DNA of 63,134 nucleotides, filler included, from Pelomyxa schiedti (GCA_020536535.1; 12 parts of 12 records of this genome joined end to end with filler, not necessarily neighbours in it); one strand, 5' to 3'; positions 47,874-60,839 are shown, counted from the first letter of the whole stretch. The notes: a model not told the origin generated them from the letters alone. Program-made: numbers and translations.

Positions 47874-49548
47874 GTCTTCATTCCGCGATTTCTTACTGAG
47901 GCCTGAATTGTTGCGCACTATTGTGGACAACGGTTTTGAGCACCCGTCAGAAGGTCTGGTGTTAAATTAGCATGTGCAAACACCGCGCGCGCCCTTCTCC
48001 CTAGAATCACCACTATCTTCATCACCTTCACTCTTTGTGACTGGGAGACGCTCTTGGGCCCGGATCATTGTCGGGCATGTTCTGTGGTGTTAAAACTTGG
48101 AGCTACAAGGTGCAATACACAACAACCAACATTTTCAACAGTACAACATGAGGCTATCCCACAGGCGATCCTCGGAACAGATGTAATCTGCCAAGCCAAG
48201 AGTGGAATGGGCAAAACAGCTGTGTTTGGTATGCCTTTTCATACTCCTATTCATTCTCACGTTTGGCATAGTTATTGCGATATTACAACAGGACCCAGAT
48301 CCCAAGTGCACATCCTCCCTTGTGCTTTGCCACACAAGAGAGCTGGCTTTCCAGATCTGCAATGAGTTCGAGCGATTCTGTAAATATCTTCCACACATCA
48401 AGACTCTGGTCTTTTATGGAGGCGTTCCTGTTGCTTCTCACAGAGTATGCCATTTCCGTAGGGTTCCCTGGTGCTAACGCAAATATGTGTAGGACTTACT
48501 CAGGGGTACCGTACCTCACATTGTAATTGGAACACCAGGTCGAGTGAAGCAACTCGCCAAAGAGGGGTTCTTAGAGCTTAGACGAGTCAAGAATTTCGTT
48601 CTGGATGAGTGTGACAAGATGTTGTGCACTCTGACAATGCGCATTGATGTCCAAGAGATATTCAAGATGACTCCACATGACAAACAGGTAGAACCTCTCC
48701 ATTACGAAGAAAACCTGACCTGTGCAGGTGATGATGTTCTCGGCCACCATGCCTCCAGACATCAGGACAATCTGCAAGAAGTTTATGCACAATGTGAGCT
48801 ATACTTCTATAACAATCGGAACTGCCCAGTAACACTGAATTTGTTTGGTACAGCCACTTGAGATTTACATCGATGATGGTGCCAAGCTCACACTGGAGGG
48901 TCTGCAGCAGTACTACATCCAACTCGGAGAAAATGAGAAGAACAGGAAACTTGTTGACCTGCTGGATGCCCTTGAGTTCAACCAGTGCATTATCTTTGTG
49001 AAGAGTGTACCCCGCGCCGCCGAACTCGACCGACTTCTCCGCGACTGCAACTTCCCGTCCATATGCATCCACAGCCAGCTCCAACAAGATGAAAGGTAGA
49101 CGACGTCGGCCCGCGCCAGAGTACTGAATCATCATTACAGAATTTCCCGCTACCGCAAGTTCAAGGACTTCCAGTTCAGGATCATGGTGTCAACCAACTT
49201 GCTTGGCCGCGGTGTAGATATTCCGCGTGTGAACGTTGTAATCAACTACGACATGACAGAGGACTCTGATTCCTACCTCCACAGGGTAATGCACCCTTTC
49301 AATTCCCTTTTGCCGTACTCTTACTTTGTACAATGCACACAGGTTGGAAGGGCCGGCAGGTTCGGCACAAAGGGTCTTGCCATCTCGTTTGTCTCTAGTA
49401 AGGCCGACGGCGACGTGCTGAACGGCGTCCAGTCCCGCTTCGTTGTGGAAGTCCCCGAGCTCCCCGATGAGATCGACACGTCGACATACAGTATGCCCCC
49501 CCTCAGCATCCAAACACAACTGCTTACCTTCTTTAAGTGGGCTGTTGA
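47874..49548 (+). CDS. DDX39: DECD-box RNA helicase UAP56/DDX39/Sub2, multi-intron
   Basis: [77 protein letters not shown]. Confidence 0.95.
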
Positions 49549-49632
49549 TTCAACACCGGAGAATTTGATTGAAATTACCATTTTTTTTTTTTTCATCTCC
49601 ATTTTCAAAGATACGTCCGTTGATTAATCAAA

Positions 49633-50766
49633 ATGATGAACACAACAACGGCCAAGGCGCAAGCGGTTGCCGTTTGTTGTGCATGTATCGTGCGTACCCC
49701 GCCGTCGACGACGTCTTCACTCGCACCCATAATGGCACCGTCGCTGGGGGCGTGGGCGCGGTCGGCGTCGTTCAGGGTGTGGGCTGACGACTGGGTCCTC
49801 GCGCCTGCAGTTGATGCCGTTTTCACTCTTCCGGTCGAGTCTAAGGACCACAAGGTGCGGTTTTTCTTGCACGTGAGCGTGTCTCCCACAATGGGGGTTG
49901 TGAGCCACTCGTTGTTCACCAGCACCGGCGAAGCGCGCGGAAGCCTTGGCCACGACCGCATTTTGGTGTCAAATACAAGCGGCTCCTGGGTGACAGGCGT
50001 GCATGTGAAGCTCTCGGCCGTGAATTCGTCAGGCAAAGTGATTGCTCCACTGATTTGGGAATCTGACCTCGAAGGCATGTCCCGGCCTGGTGTACTTTGC
50101 AACAGGAATTGGGTCATTTCAGTGGTGAGAAAGGGGGAGTTCCACATCTGGAGGGTGGCAGGGAGTCGTTTGCTGGGCCCAAAATTGGTGTCAACTGGAA
50201 TGAATTCTGGCACCTTGAGGCTGTCTCTCCCCAACGGTGATGTTGCAATGGTGTTCCCTGAAAACTTCGAGGGTGAAGTGATGTTCATTGACTTGGAATC
50301 CACTTTCAAAAGGGGGTCACTGGTTGAAAAATCACCGAGGGTCGCTTGCAACGATACATGGCCAACCGAAGTCGTTTCGATGCCTGATGGCTCCGTGTCA
50401 ACAATTCACCTTGACATGAGTACAAACACGTACTACCTTGTGAATTCCGTAACCCACGAGAGGCATACGTTCCCTGAGGTACACCACGTCACTGCCATTG
50501 ACCAGAGACACGTTTATGTAGCACCGTGGCTTAGAATGACCAATTACCAAGTGTATCACACCAGCAACCTGTTGGAGCCATCGCTTTGTGTTCCTTCCAC
50601 TTGGTCATCTCCCTGCAGCTGCTGTTCTGGACTTGTCTGCTCCACAGCACAACCTAAAGGTGATGTCACCGAAGTCAAGTTTGAAGTCCGCGATGGTGTC
50701 ACTGGATTTCTCTTGGGTGTCTTCCCTGTACCAATTCGCCCTCCTTTCCTATTTACAAACTCCTAA
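49633..50766 (+). CDS. Expanded-family hypothetical protein (377 aa)
   Basis: AKAQAVAVCCA, CNRNWVI, RDGVTGF; intact paralog of gene B. Confidence 0.85.
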   Translation: MMNTTTAKAQAVAVCCACIVRTPPSTTSSLAPIMAPSLGAWARSASFRVWADDWVLAPAVDAVFTLPVESKDHKVRFFLHVSVSPTMGVVSHSLFTSTGEARGSLGHDRILVSNTSGSWVTGVHVKLSAVNSSGKVIAPLIWESDLEGMSRPGVLCNRNWVISVVRKGEFHIWRVAGSRLLGPKLVSTGMNSGTLRLSLPNGDVAMVFPENFEGEVMFIDLESTFKRGSLVEKSPRVACNDTWPTEVVSMPDGSVSTIHLDMSTNTYYLVNSVTHERHTFPEVHHVTAIDQRHVYVAPWLRMTNYQVYHTSNLLEPSLCVPSTWSSPCSCCSGLVCSTAQPKGDVTEVKFEVRDGVTGFLLGVFPVPIRPPFLFTNS

Positions 50767-51241
50767 CTTTTCCAAAATCAAAAAACCACAAACACAAGAG
50801 TTTCTTGTTTATTACTTTGCTTAGCGATAACTACAATGGTGTTAATGCGGGCATTTTCAAGTCACTAATTAAGAATCAGTTCTATGTACAGCTTTCCCAG
50901 AAAACCTTCAGTGACGAGAACCGTACTGTGAACTCCATCAGAAAAAACTTTAAACAACAACTCACTCGAGCTGGGTTGTGAGTGTCTCCCACAATGGAGG
51001 TTGACGACTTAAAACAAGAGGGATTATCTTTGAACACGGCAGAAACATGCGGGGTGATGGTTTTTGCCTCGCGGCCGATCGCGTACTCTTTGATGTGCAC
51101 TGAGTAAGTTTCTACTGTTATGTACCTCTCAAGTTTGACCGGTGGTACGGGTGCAACTAGAAGTAACTGCAACAAAACTTTTTATTCTTTTTTTACACAG
51201 GATAATGCATATAAACATGTGTGGGGGGTTGAGTTTGGCCT

Positions 51242-51954
51242 CTAAAGAATGCTGCAACCACCCCTCCTTTGCTTTTGCTTTGTTGGTCTTGGATTCATGG
51301 CATCAATGAGCTTGACGAGGTCCAGGAATATCCTGTCCACGTTGGTCATTGCCCTCGCACTTGCCTCGAGGAACCCGACGTGCGATCCGCACTTTTCAGC
51401 CAGTGATTGGCCCTCGTCGGTTGTGACCATCCTCTGCTCCGTGAGGTCACACTTGTTGCCGACGAGAACAATTGGAACGGTCGAGGAGTCCTTGACGCGG
51501 AGGATCTGGTCGTGCATCTCTGGGATGTCCCTGAAGGTGCTCACTGAAATGACACTGTAAACAAGGACGAAGCCGTGGCCGTTCTTCATGTACAGGTCAC
51601 GCATTGCGGTGAAGTTCTCTGTTCCCGCTGTGTCAAGTATTTCCAGAACACACGCTCTTCCGTCGATATCCATTTGCTTTCTCTGTGGATGCAAGGTTAG
51701 AATGTATGTTCGTTTTACAGCTGGTGTATGTATTTGTTCAAGGTTTAATGGTTTTATGTGTGAATAATAATAAACATGCAGGAGGTGACACTCACATAAG
51801 CATCTTCGATTGTTGGGTCATATTTCTCAAGGAAGATTCTTTGGACGAACTGCACTGTGAGTGATGATTTCCCGACGCCACCAGAACCAAGAACCACCAG
51901 TCGGTACACGTTGTTGTTCTCACTGTTGTTGTTCTTTCTTGTTGTTCTTGACAT
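51242..51954 (-). CDS. RAP1: Rap-family small GTPase
   Basis: [21 protein letters not shown] (Rap Thr61), [24 protein letters not shown]; one intron at about 51683-51795. Confidence 0.93.
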
Positions 51955-52275
51955 CTTTGCGTTTTCTCTTGTCTGCTTGTTTATTGTTTATTGTGTGTCT
52001 TTTTATTTGAGTTATGAAATCGTGTTGAGTTTTGTTTTATGGACATCGGACTTGATCTGAAAAAGAGCTCCCTTTTTTTTCCTTTCTGCTCGGTACAACG
52101 CGGTTATCTGAACCGGTAAAAATATTCAAATAATCGGTCCGGTACTTGCTACATCGAGGTGAAATAATGGGGTGAGGCAGTTGTCTCTGATGCGACAGCT
52201 CGGTGTTTGTGACTGAATCGTGCATGTTGTTGATCAAAATTTTTCTTTGTACAAAAGGCAGAGGTGGTAATGACA

Positions 52276-52985
52276 TCAAAAGAGGGAGGTCTTTTTGGTT
52301 GCTCTTGCCATGATCTTGGCCTTGTCCTCCTTGCTGAACCCGAACACGTCCATTACATACGGGAGTATAACCTACGTTGGGGTAAGTTGGAGCTGTAGCG
52401 GAATAACAGGATAACCTTGGGATTGTCTGTGAGGAACAACTTGAACAGGGTATTCCGCATGTACCTTGCGGGAAATAGAGTTAGTTGATTGGTTTTAGTG
52501 TGAGGTGGAAGGTGGGTACTGTAGGTCGACGGAGGGCTGTTGCGCTTTAAGGGTGTTAAGTTGAGCAAGACAATCGGACTCGCTTTTAATGCTTGCAGCC
52601 AGAGCTTCACTGAGGACAGATATCTAACAAATTTGGTTAGCCGGAGAATTACGGCAAAAGGCATACCTGGTCCATAAGTTCCAGTTGAGAAAGTTGATCA
52701 ATATCGGCGGTAAGGTCTCCATTGGACTTCCCGTCTGTTGAAAGTCATATTTTGAAACAAGATTCAAATCGTTACCGGAATGGAGCTGGGACTTGAGTCG
52801 CGTGAGAACCATTCCCACGCATTCATCTCGGGTTATTGAGGTTTTGGCCGGCGCTGGCGCTGGCGCTGGTGTTGGTGTTGCCGTTGGTGTTGGTATTGTT
52901 GTAGGTGGAGTAGTTGGTGTTGCTGCAGTGGAGGTTTGGGGTTCAACTGTTTGTAAGAGTGGTGCCGATGTTTTTGTTGAGCTAT
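52276..52985 (-). CDS. 3' part of a multi-exon protein with GRIP/GRAB-like C-terminus
   Basis: RYMRNTLFKLFLTD...VFGFSKEDKAKI resembles golgin GRIP; Thr/Pro-rich upstream. Confidence 0.35.
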
Positions 52986-53311
52986 NNNNNNNNNNNNNNN
53001 NNNNNNNNNNNNNNNNNNNNNNNNNNNNNTTAATTAATTAANNNNNNNNNNNNNNNNNNNNNNNNNNNNNNNNNNNNNNNNNNNNTCAGCTGGAGAAGAG
53101 ACGCTTGTAGTAATTACACAACTCAGTATACTATGATTGTAAAATTTAAATAATATGAAATTAATTATTAAATTTTCATACTATTTAATAATTTCATACT
53201 ATTTTACCTCCTCAGTACGCAAAAGAGAGTAGCGAACAATTTAGTGCTCTCGGTCAGCCACACGAACCCTTGGTCGTTATCTTTGATCATCTTTCTTTCA
53301 CGTAAATCACA

Positions 53312-53384
53312 ACCAATTAGCTGCAGGTGCCCCACAGCATCTGTTTTTGGTTGGCAAGCTGTGGGGCACCTGCAGCTAATTGGT
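53312..53384. repeat. Perfect 27-bp inverted repeat with 19-nt loop
   Basis: ACCAATTAGCTGCAGGTGCCCCACAGC at 53312-53338 and its exact reverse complement at 53358-53384. Confidence 0.95.
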
Positions 53385-54398
53385 GGTGCCCTGTTGTTGG
53401 ATTACATTGAATTGGTGTGGACACTGGGGGAAATGAAGTGTTCACATCAAAGCTTGGAGTTTCCACAATGCAGGGGTGTTGTGACACCACAGGTCTACAA
53501 GCATTTTGCTGCCCTACTTTGGACAATTTTGGTGTGTGACAGACTGTGGCCAACAACATGCACTCACCATATATATAGGAAAATTGGTTTGGCCGGGATT
53601 GAACCCTGTCTGTGGAGGGTAAAAGCTGTGACTAAAACAAAACCACATTTTCTTATTCTTTCAATCAGCTCTGGTCAGAGGCCCTCTGAAGGCATTTGCT
53701 CAGATATAAGTCAATCTCTCATGTCTTGCACAGTGAACTTTTTTTGTTCTGAGGTCAATTCCTGCTTCCCACAGCACAATGAGTACAGGTTTCAGAGTGT
53801 AACTTCAAATTTTAAACAACTAAAATATGTTATAAGTTACCTGCAGTAGAGTCATTGGCTTAAAAACTTACTGTTTAAAGACTGGTTGTTACCCTGCTCC
53901 CCCCTTTTACCCTGGCTGGGACCACATAGTCATGTTGCATGACTTTAACCTTTCTCTTCTTATATCCCATTTGTTGTTGTTGCACTGACTCACCACACAG
54001 CCAATGGCACCACCAACATACCACCTGCCCTTCAAATTCGTTTTTTCAGACCCACTGACTGAGTCCGAAACCAGCATAACCAATTTTTTCGTTCAGCCGG
54101 ATGGAAGAAGAGACTGGATTCAGACAGTACAACTGATAGTACTGTCCTTCAACAACACATTGGGCATGCTTTTGGATCTTGTTCTACCACCATTGTCACC
54201 ACCACAAGCACCACCGCCACTGTGAGCACCACCACAAGCTCATCATAAGACAAAGGAAGCCATGTTTTGGTGGTGTGGGAACAACATCACAAAAAGAANN
54301 NNNNNNNNNNNNNNNNNNNNNNNNNNNNNNNNNNNNNNNNNNTTAATTAATTAANNNNNNNNNNNNNNNNNNNNNNNNNNNNNNNNNNNNNNNNNNNN

Positions 54399-56050
54399 AC
54401 ACCCAGTCAAGCCAGCCTTCACCCACAGGATGATGCCAATAAAGGAGCTCCTTGAGAGAAATTTTGGGCTTTGTGCCTGTCGTTGTGAGGAGCTGCTTCT
54501 CCAACCACTTGCAGACCAACTCCAAACGGTTTGGGTTGGCCAAAGCCCTGTGGAGTGCATCGAGTTTCTTGAACATCCATTCAAAAAACTCCACGTTGTC
54601 ATGAGTGCAGGAAAACGCCTGAAGAAAGCTGTCGGTTCCAATTCTCACTCCCTTCTCCTCAACAAGCCACTTTCCCAGTTCAACATTACCGCCATGCAAG
54701 GAACAGAGGTCCCAAAGGTTGGACATTTCATAAGCACCTGTGAAATCAGAGAGTGCCCACTTGACAACCTTTGCACTCTTTGGCAAAGAAGTTGGGCTGT
54801 CTGGAGAAATGAAATCTTCCCCATTCAACAAGAAACGATCCTTGAGCCACTGGCACACCTCAATGATCTCATCTGCTGGACACCCCTTGCAGAATGCTGC
54901 TGATCCAGCCAAGGACCTGGCAGACTCACTGAAGTCCCAGTGTGGAAAGGTCTCCACAAGGCACTTCACGTCAGAGACTCTGCCTTTCCTTGGGTGGAAT
55001 GAATCGGCTACAGCCACTCTGGTGGTGGCATCATTATCCAAGTCAAAGGTGCTCACCAGCCACTGGATGATGTGAAGTTGCCCGTTGACAGCAGCCTGAA
55101 CTAGAGGTACTCCAACGAGCTCGCTTCTGTTGAGCTGAAGCACGTCTGTGAGAACCCACTGAAGAACATCCAGGTGGCCAGCTGCACAAACCCTCCTCAC
55201 CAAGTTGAACATCCCCTTCTCACTCCAGAATTCATCACAAAGAGCAACTGCTCCCTGCACACACATAACTAAAATAGGCATGATAACTATTAATTCTAGT
55301 ACAATTATAGCATTCAATCTATGTAGTCGATAAACACACTGTCTTGGAGGACTCAGCTGCAAAGGGGGCAGTTATTGTTGTGCTTGGGATTTCCGCAACA
55401 CTCTCTTTCGGCCACACCACACCACCCTCCCACCTGGTCTCCGCCAGTCTCTTTGCCATCTCCAGGTTGCCTCCACAGCACAGCCCCGTAAGCACAGCCA
55501 CCCACTCCCTCTCCCTCCTCATCATCCCCACCTCCACTCCCTCGTCATCATCATCATCACCACCATCGGTAACGCCGTCATCGCTCCCATGATTACGATC
55601 CCCCACGCTCCCACCACCGCCGTCACAATGGTCCCTCAATAGTGCGGCCTTGCGGCGTCGCTCTCTGCGGCTCTTCGCGTTGTTGGAGATGATCCAAGTG
55701 ACGCACTTGGGGCTCAGCGCCGCCGCGGCGTCCTCGAGGTCGCGGTAGTGCCCGAGCTCGCGGTACCGCGTCGGCGACGGACCCGCCGAGACAGCGCGGG
55801 AGGCCAGGGCCACGAGGGGGAACATGGCCTCGGCCGTGGCGAGCACGCACGACACCGCGGGGCGAGGGAGCTCGCGGGCCCACTTGCGTCGAGCCACCGC
55901 GGGCCGCAGCACCCACGGCACCACAACTTGCTCCCAGACGACTCGTGAGATCTTCAAGATCCGTTGTTTCTCTGTCTCAGATGAGTGGTGGTGATGTGTT
56001 TTTGGTTGTTGTGGCGGCTCGTCTACGGCGCTTGTGTTGTTGTCCATCAT
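54399..56050 (-). CDS. Degenerate ankyrin-repeat protein (truncated at contig edge)
   Basis: LCCGGNLEMAKRL, CAAGHLDVLQWV, AAVNGQLHIIQWLV, GGNVELGKWLVEE; probable intron at about 55258-55340. Confidence 0.75.
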
Positions 56051-56548
56051 CACCTTGGCCGTTATTCTCGTAATTTGTGTTTCGGATTTGGGTCCGACTG
56101 AGTGGAAGGCCTTCGAGCTCATCAGCGAGGATGCTTGTAGCAACGCAATTACGGGACGGTATTTCAGCTGTTAGGGAGTGTGATTCAGTTGAATCCACAA
56201 ACAATTTCTTTCGTTCGAAGAAGGCATCAGTTCTATTAATCTGAAATCTCTAGCGATATTGAGGCATGCGGAGATACTGGCATAGTGACGAGAGAGAAGC
56301 CGGCATGGTGGAATCATGATGGCATTACAAAGAGTGATATGTGAAAGTGATGACTTCCCGAAAAAGGGAATCGCGGTGTCGGCACAGAGCGACCCTCAGA
56401 AGTCGGACAACTTCCGGGAATTCCATGGCACCTGACGCTGTGCATCGCGTCCACAGAATACTTGGACTCTGGGCTTATAAGCAACGCCGCTTTCACTCAC
56501 CTCAGAACAAGTAAAAATAAATATATTCTTCTTCCCTTTCAGACTTTA

Positions 56549-57665
56549 ATGACCACTACAACAACGAGTGCAGCAGTCACTCCCTGTGAGGATGTGCCAC
56601 TCACATCTGGAGGTGCGGTTTCTGACAGACCTGAATCACGGTCTGGTGACACAGCTGAAGAACATCAGTGAAGAACACCACCACCAACCCCATTGGCAAA
56701 TAACCAATCTGGGTATTGGCTCTTTCCAGCCTGTCACACTCCACTCCCAAGCCTGCTTGTAAGAGACAATATTGGCACTACAGAGAGGGGCACATCAACA
56801 AGCACAACACAACAAGACGAGCTGGCAGAGCCACTGGCTGGGAATAAAACAGAGAACATCAATGAACACCAGTGGCTGATACACTGTCAGAAGCTCATGG
56901 AAGGATTCTCTGAGAACCAAGTTTTGCTGGCACTGTATCATACACTTAAAGGGGAACCAGCAAGTGTGGCTATGAGCACAGAGACAGAACAAACTGTTGA
57001 GGGAATCCTGCAGGTGATTGTAGACAACTTTGACACCAGCTTGTCAAAGGGGGCCACCCTGAAACTTGATCATTTCTGTATGAATCAGAATGAAGACTGG
57101 CATACAATGATAAGCTGATTCCGCAGAGTGTACTTGGAGGCAGCAGGAACAGCCTCAGAGTTTGGGTTGGTACAGAATTTCAAGTGGCTACTCCCAGATG
57201 ATTGGCTCAAAACAATAGAGGTAATTCACCCGCAATTTTCTACCTTCAAGGAATTAGCTGCTTGTGTGGGCTGCTATTACCTCCGCGAACCAGACAAATT
57301 CCCCAAGGTTGACAGCCCCGCCAAGAGCACAGTTAAGCCGGATGTTGTGCACTTTATAAATTCCCAGAGGGGTGTGCCAAGGTGAGGACATATGAGAGGC
57401 AGAGGAGGTGTAGTGGTCTGAGGAGCTGTGAGAGGTGGCTTTTATCAGAGAGGCTCAAGGCAGACATTCAGCCGGGGCCCCATGCAAGGCAGGGGTGCCA
57501 CAACAACACCCAAGGGAATGCAGAATAGCCAAGGCCTCATCTGTTTCCAGTGTAATGAGCCAGGTCACTTCGCAAGACATTGCCCATATGAAGGGGGAGC
57601 TGCACATGGGAGCAGCTCTTTCCAGCGAAATTTTTAGATGAGCCCTGGAGTTGGGGTGAGGGAGG
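56549..57665 (+). mobile_element. Degenerate LTR-retrotransposon gag-like remnant
   Basis: CFQCNEPGHFARHC zinc knuckle after an RG-rich segment; upstream ORFs broken by stops. Confidence 0.65.
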
Positions 57666-57963
57666 NNNNNNNNNNNNNNNNNNNNNNNNNNNNNNNNNNN
57701 NNNNNNNNNTTAATTAATTAANNNNNNNNNNNNNNNNNNNNNNNNNNNNNNNNNNNNNNNNNNNNGAGTCCCATAATGTCGACCGCCGGCATTCTCGGCC
57801 ACGCCCCGCCGTACGCTCCGCAGCACCCGCCGCCCTCTGTCTCCACAATCACAAGCAAGCGTCCCCAGCCGGCGTGTCCCACACCGCCTCAGTCTCCCAG
57901 CTCACCCCATTTCATCAAAAACAAAAAAAAAAACACCCCTCGACCCACACCCCCCCTCGCACA

Positions 57964-58808
57964 ATGAACACCACCAGCACCAGCACCGGCACCGGCACCA
58001 GCGGCGGCGGCGGCGGTCCCAGTGCATCGCCGGCCCGCCCCCCGGCAGCTGCTGCGGCGGCAGGGGCAGCCCCCGACCCGGCCGAGCCCCAGCGCGTGCC
58101 GCTGCCTCCCCTTACACTATGTGGGTTCGGCCTGCCCCCCGACACCGACCCCGCGGACTTGTGGGCGGGCCTGCAGCCCCCCGCGGCCGTGTACGTGGCC
58201 CCTCTCCCCTCTCCCCTCTCCCCTCCTTGCTAGCTAGCACTGCCTGCGTTTGTTTTGTTTGCAGTTGCTCGCTGTGCGTGATTGGCTGATTGCTTTTCTT
58301 TTTTTTCCCCGTGCAGATCTCATGTGACTCGCCTGTGGGGGTACTTCTACTTTACTTTTCGAACAGAAGCCGACGCCGAGGCTGCGCTGGAGAACGGCCT
58401 TGATTTTGCCGGGATCTGGATCCACGTCGTTCCCTTTGCTCCGCTGTTTCTGAGAAACATGGATGATGGATCGACTCCGTACGATTTTCCACTTGAGCCC
58501 AACACCAGGCCTGTTTTCGGGGTACCTCATTCTGCCACTGTATCAGATGTTGAGGCCCACTTTGCCATCACTGGTTTTAAGTATGTTGGCGCATTTTTCG
58601 ACATTTCCCTATTCACTTTTCACAAACACTAATTTATAATACATAGGGTTAGGGCTCGGAAATTTAGGGGAAAGTGGTTTATACAACACCCACCAGGCCT
58701 GGTACCACCCCGTATCTCGTGGTGGGGTGGTGCAGGTGTGAAGAAGATATTCTGTTTGGAACCTGGCCTGTATACCCACAGCTTAGATACTGTTGTCACA
58801 TACCCTCC
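57964..58808 (+). CDS. RRM-like protein, 5' part, spliced
   Basis: LTLCGFGLPPDT (RNP2-like) and GYFYFTFRTEADAEAAL (RNP1-like); second VFGVPHSATVSDVEAHF repeat. Confidence 0.5.
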
Positions 58809-58908
58809 NNNNNNNNNNNNNNNNNNNNNNNNNNNNNNNNNNNNNNNNNNNNTTAATTAATTAANNNNNNNNNNNNNNNNNNNNNNNNNNNNNNNNNNNN
58901 NNNNNNNN

Positions 58909-59029
58909 CGCGAACTTGATTTCCTAAGATGTCAGGTCCGAGTGCTGACTCAGCAGGTCAGTCTCCCAGTCTCGGAGTTCGTGCTCGTGCTCGCAGAGAG
59001 TTTGCTTGTGTATTCTACAGAATCACACA
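58909..59029 (-). mobile_element. End of the TG..CA element family
   Basis: Reverse complement of 19403-19523. Confidence 0.9.
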
Positions 59030-59603
59030 GGAGAATAGCACACTTGACAGCCTCCTCAAACACCTTTATTACACTCTGCTGTGTATGGGTAGAGCATTCC
59101 AGGTATGTGACGGCCTTGATCTCCTTGGCTTTTGCAATTCCTTGTTGAAAAGTTACAGGTGTTAACCTTTCTCTTATCACTGGATCCTCACGCAGGTCAA
59201 ACTTTGTGCCAGCAAGTACAAATGGTGTATGAGGGCAGTGCCTTGTAATCTCAGGAACCCATTTGTTGCTCACATCCCCAAGAGATGCTGGACTAATCAC
59301 TGAGAAGGCGATGATGAAGATGTCAGTGTTCTTGTGCAAGAGTGGCCTCTGAAGTCAACTTGGTGAGAAATAAATTGGGAAAAGAAAGCAAATGAGCACC
59401 AGTCTATCATAGTCCTCACATCCACTTGTATCTACTAAGTCAAGGCAGACAGGGTGTCCATCCACCGTCACATTTACACAGTAGGTTTCGTGGTAAACTG
59501 TGGGACTGTAGCACGGCGTTGGGGGAATTTTTGTCATGTAGCATTTCACCATGTCTGTCTTGCCAACTGCTCCAGAGCCGACCACTACGCACTTCACCTG
59601 CAT
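59030..59603 (-). pseudogene. Divergent Rac/Rho GTPase truncated by element insertion
   Basis: VKCVVVGSGAVGKT, YSPTV, DTSGCEDYDRL, KWVPEI, GTKFDLR, YLECS; the frame enters the element before any polybasic or CAAX tail. Confidence 0.8.
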
Positions 59604-59875
59604 GTTTATTTGAGTCCGAATTCACGGAAATGAATCAGTAGGTTTCGCGGTAAACTGTGGGACTGTAGCACGGCGTTGGGGGAATTTTTGTCATGTAGCA
59701 TGTTGAGTTGAAACTTTGCAAAGGAGTAGTGCCTACTCCCTGGGTATGCAAGTAAATTAATTGAAACCTGAAATTGATCCAACAGAGATGCTTGAATGAC
59801 GCAATATTTAGAGGCCTTCCCATGTGCTATAGATTTTTGATTGGAGTTTCCACTGTGAAACATCAGAGTTGCTTG

Positions 59876-59991
59876 TGTGTGATTCTGCGAACACACAGGC
59901 AAACTGTGCGCAAGGCACACTCGCAAGACTCGAGACTGGGGACTCAGAGGCTGAGTCATCACTTACCAAGTTCGGAAATCAAGTTCACAGA
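59876..59991 (+). mobile_element. Diverged subfamily of the TG..CA element
   Basis: Starts TGTGTGATTCTGCG, with collinear remnants GCTGAGTCA and GGAAATCAAGTTC. Confidence 0.7.
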
Positions 59992-60091
59992 NNNNNNNNN
60001 NNNNNNNNNNNNNNNNNNNNNNNNNNNNNNNNNNNTTAATTAATTAANNNNNNNNNNNNNNNNNNNNNNNNNNNNNNNNNNNNNNNNNNNN

Positions 60092-60211
60092 GCGAACTTG
60101 ATTTCCTAAGATGTCAGGTCCGAGTGCTGACTCAGCAGGTCAGTCTCTCAGTCTCGGTGTTCGTGCTTGTGCTCGCAGAGAGTTTGCTTGTGTATTCTAC
60201 AGAATCACACA
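60092..60211 (-). mobile_element. End of the TG..CA element family
   Basis: Reverse complement of 19403-19522. Confidence 0.9.
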
Positions 60212-60481
60212 GAACCTACCGCAGGGCACCATCTCGTCAGTCCCTTTGACGGCGTTCATCAGCATGGTTTCATCATTGGTGAACGGGCACACGGTCCTGG
60301 CTGAATTAGAGAAGTCGATAATGCTCCGCATCATGCCTGTTGTCTTGCCAATGATGAGACTCAAAATATCTTTCACGATGACAAAGTTGTCTCTGCCGAC
60401 GTTGTTGCTGTTCTCAACAAGGATGAGGAGAAGAGTTTCCGGCGACAGTTGAGCTTGAATTTCGTTCACAACACGGTCCAT
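60212..60481 (-). pseudogene. vWA-like protein 5' fragment interrupted by the element
   Basis: LLILVENSNNVGRDNF...IIDFSNSARTVCPFT resembles vWA beta1/alpha1/beta2 with a degenerate MIDAS. Confidence 0.45.
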
Positions 60482-60839
60482 TTGTGTACTTGTTTTTTTT
60501 TTTAAAAGGCCTTGCTTCAGGGACTGATGGATCTCTGAAAATCAGGGAACCTCCAGCGTTCTGTGAGTTCTACTGAGCAACACTACGGCACCAACCAACC
60601 AATCCACCTCGTCGTGACCCCACACGCCACAGGTTGAGATGAGGATGTACTTGGTTTGCTGGGCTTTCAGGGCAAGGTGTCTACTACTGTTCCTGGGCTT
60701 TTCCTATTTACAATCTCCCTGCGTTGTAACTGCAGGGATTCAAGGAAAGGCCATTAGAATGAACGCCCTGAGTGTTCCTGTGAATGCCTCAAAAACAGAT
60801 TTTGAGGTTATAAGTGCTCAGTGATGTTGGTACAAAAAA

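Noticed and set aside
53244-53849. 201-aa ORF spanning the hairpin
   Set aside because: Non-ATG start and no recognisable motifs or coding-like composition
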